Part shown: piece by piece, positions 62,257 to 64,000 of the stretch
How the letters are laid out: the number at the start of each line of letters is the position of its first letter
How positions within the stretch are numbered: the stretch's first letter is position 1
Source of the DNA: Gammaproteobacteria bacterium
GTDB taxonomy: Bacteria; Pseudomonadota; Gammaproteobacteria; Eutrophobiales; Eutrophobiaceae
Direction of reading: 5' to 3'
Length of the DNA: 64,000 nt
Assembly: GCA_965116495.1 (NCBI GenBank)
Contig: OZ220696.1
Coordinates: forward strand, 192,001 to 256,000
Translations under genes and position numbers: made by a program
Notes under the pieces: model-generated
Seen by the model: the letters and a program-made list of their open reading frames with translations, nothing else
The model's database searches: none
Told to the model about the DNA's origin: nothing

Positions 62257-63830
62257 GCTTCAAACTGCTTGAGAATTGTGCGAAGTGCCCTGTCCGCCTC
62301 CTTCGCCTCAGCCTCAATCACGTCCAGTTCCTCAACGATCTCCGCCAGTGGCCGGTATATCTCCGCATCGCCGGTGTGAATATAGCGACTGGGGGAAATG
62401 TTGTAGTCATTTTTGCTCAATTCAGTGTGACCAACGATGCGGCTGAATTTTTCTTCTTCTTTCCACGCAGTCAGTGTCTCTACAATTCGGTCTATGCCCT
62501 CCCGTGGAACAAAGTTTTTGGGGTCGCCCTTCTCAAAAACCTGGCTGGCATTAACGAGGAATATCTTGCCTTGCCGGGGGGCGGGCTTGTCCTTGTTGAG
62601 GAAAATTACGATCCCCGGGGCAGAGGTGTTGTAGAACAGGTTTTCTGGCAGGTAGAGGACACTTTCGATAAGGTCCTGATCTACGAACCACTTTCGGGCG
62701 TCTTTCTCCTTATTTGTGCCGGCATTGCCTGAGCCGCGTGAAGCGGCGCCGGTGTCCAGCACGATGGCGGCGCGACCGCCTTGTTGGGTCCCGGATTTGG
62801 ATTTGAGGCTGGCCTGTATGTGCTGTAACCAGCCCCAGTCGGCGGACGATTTGCCCGGGAAACCGGCAGAGAAGCGATCCAATTCATCATTCTCATAGTC
62901 GGCCTCCGCGAACCAGTTCTGGTTCCACATGGGGTTGGCAACCACACGATCAAATGTGCGGAGCTTTCCGTTTTTCTCATTGCGGAACCTGGGGTTTTTG
63001 AAGGTATCGCCGATCTCAATCTTGCCCTCCATGTCATGGATGATCATGTTCATGTTGGCCATTGCCCAGGTTTCAGGGACATACTCCTGTCCGAACAGTT
63101 TGACGGGAGTGATATTTTTCTGTTTGGCGGTACGCATTTTTGCTTCCATGGCGAGTTCGCACCTGATCAGAAGGCTCCCGGAACCGCAAGTCGGGTCGTA
63201 AATCTCCATACCCGGGTCGGGAGAGAGTGTGCGAGCCATGATTTCGCTGACTTCGCCAGGGGTGTAAATCTCGCCGGCGCTCCTGCCGCTGTTCTCGGCA
63301 AATTTACGGATGAGGTATTCGTAACTCTTACCAATGATGTCTGCCTCGACGTCCTCAAGCCCCAGGCGCTTGGTGCTGATGGCCTCGATGAGGTTGGAGA
63401 GACGGTCGTCATCAAGATCGCGCTGGCCGTGAGTAGTGGCATTGAAATCCACGCGGTCAATGATGCCTTCCAGCAGCGGATTTTTACGAGCGATAGCCCG
63501 CATATGGGTGGTGACGCCTTCACCAATCTTGTCCGAAAGCTTACGTATGACCGACCAGACCGGCTGTTCGGGATCGTCCGGTTCGAGCGGAAGAAAGAAG
63601 CGGACGAGTTCATGGTCTGCCTTAACGAGTTGGAAGGCCTTCCTGCGCGAGCCGATCTCCTCGGCAATACGATTTACTTCGTCATCGAAGACGTCGCAGA
63701 GGCGCTTGGTGAAGATGAGGGGGAGAATATAGTCCTTGTATTTTGCTGCGTCCTTGGCCCCGCGTATGGAGCAGGCGGCGTCCCATATCCACGATTCGAT
63801 GGATTTGTCTTTGGAAACAGGCTCAGCCAT
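62253..63830 (-). CDS. hsdM: Type I R-M methyltransferase subunit
   Basis: IWDAACSIRG, GEIYTP, YDPTCGSG, ANPMW, NLFYNT, YNISPSRY. Confidence 0.96.
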   Translation of the reverse strand: MAEPVSKDKSIESWIWDAACSIRGAKDAAKYKDYILPLIFTKRLCDVFDDEVNRIAEEIGSRRKAFQLVKADHELVRFFLPLEPDDPEQPVWSVIRKLSDKIGEGVTTHMRAIARKNPLLEGIIDRVDFNATTHGQRDLDDDRLSNLIEAISTKRLGLEDVEADIIGKSYEYLIRKFAENSGRSAGEIYTPGEVSEIMARTLSPDPGMEIYDPTCGSGSLLIRCELAMEAKMRTAKQKNITPVKLFGQEYVPETWAMANMNMIIHDMEGKIEIGDTFKNPRFRNEKNGKLRTFDRVVANPMWNQNWFAEADYENDELDRFSAGFPGKSSADWGWLQHIQASLKSKSGTQQGGRAAIVLDTGAASRGSGNAGTNKEKDARKWFVDQDLIESVLYLPENLFYNTSAPGIVIFLNKDKPAPRQGKIFLVNASQVFEKGDPKNFVPREGIDRIVETLTAWKEEEKFSRIVGHTELSKNDYNISPSRYIHTGDAEIYRPLAEIVEELDVIEAEAKEADRALRTILKQFEA

Positions 63831-64000
63831 GTGGGTAATTCTTAAACTGCAGAAAATCCTATGTTGATTGGTTTTTGTGCTTTATCCCGGATTGTACAGA
63901 ATTTAATGAAGACGGGAATTTATAATCCTAACGAACTACGGGAGTAATGGAGTCAAACAGACACAGGAGTTCTGAAAATGCTTCAAGGGTTCAGAGCCTT

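Overview
This looks like a gammaproteobacterial chromosome segment. The backbone is housekeeping: rplU'-rpmA-obgE-proB, rpsT, murJ-ribF-ileS-lspA-ispH, two cytochrome c genes, prc, FKBP PPIase, dusA-mutH-glnD-map, and the rpsB-tsf-pyrH-frr-uppS-cdsA-dxr-rseP-bamA-skp-lpxD-fabZ-lpxA-lpxB-rnhB-dnaE-accA-tilS cluster. Three accessory zones interrupt it. (1) A 3,991-bp IS1595-family cargo transposon (15383-19373; perfect 24-bp TIRs, 8-bp TSD) has a decayed transposase but intact-looking cargo: a Panacea antitoxin with an unknown membrane-protein partner, a ThaI-like type II R-M pair and two orphan ORFs. (2) A Phd/PIN TA module lies between 135-bp duplicated gene ends; its toxin is split by an intact IS630, and an IS630-like MITE is nearby. 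(3) A type I R-M locus has Sir2-HerA, YhcG/DUF1016 and an Rpn C-terminal ORF inserted into it, with remnant copies of the hsdR start and hsdM end marking the insertions; M48 and hicAB follow. Ribosomal protein S2 appears fused through a tandem-repeat linker to a foreign ~110-aa domain. Several families of small palindromic elements fill intergenic spaces and supply start or stop codons of core genes. All family assignments come from motif recognition by eye, with no database search. I saw no rRNA, tRNA or CRISPR array.
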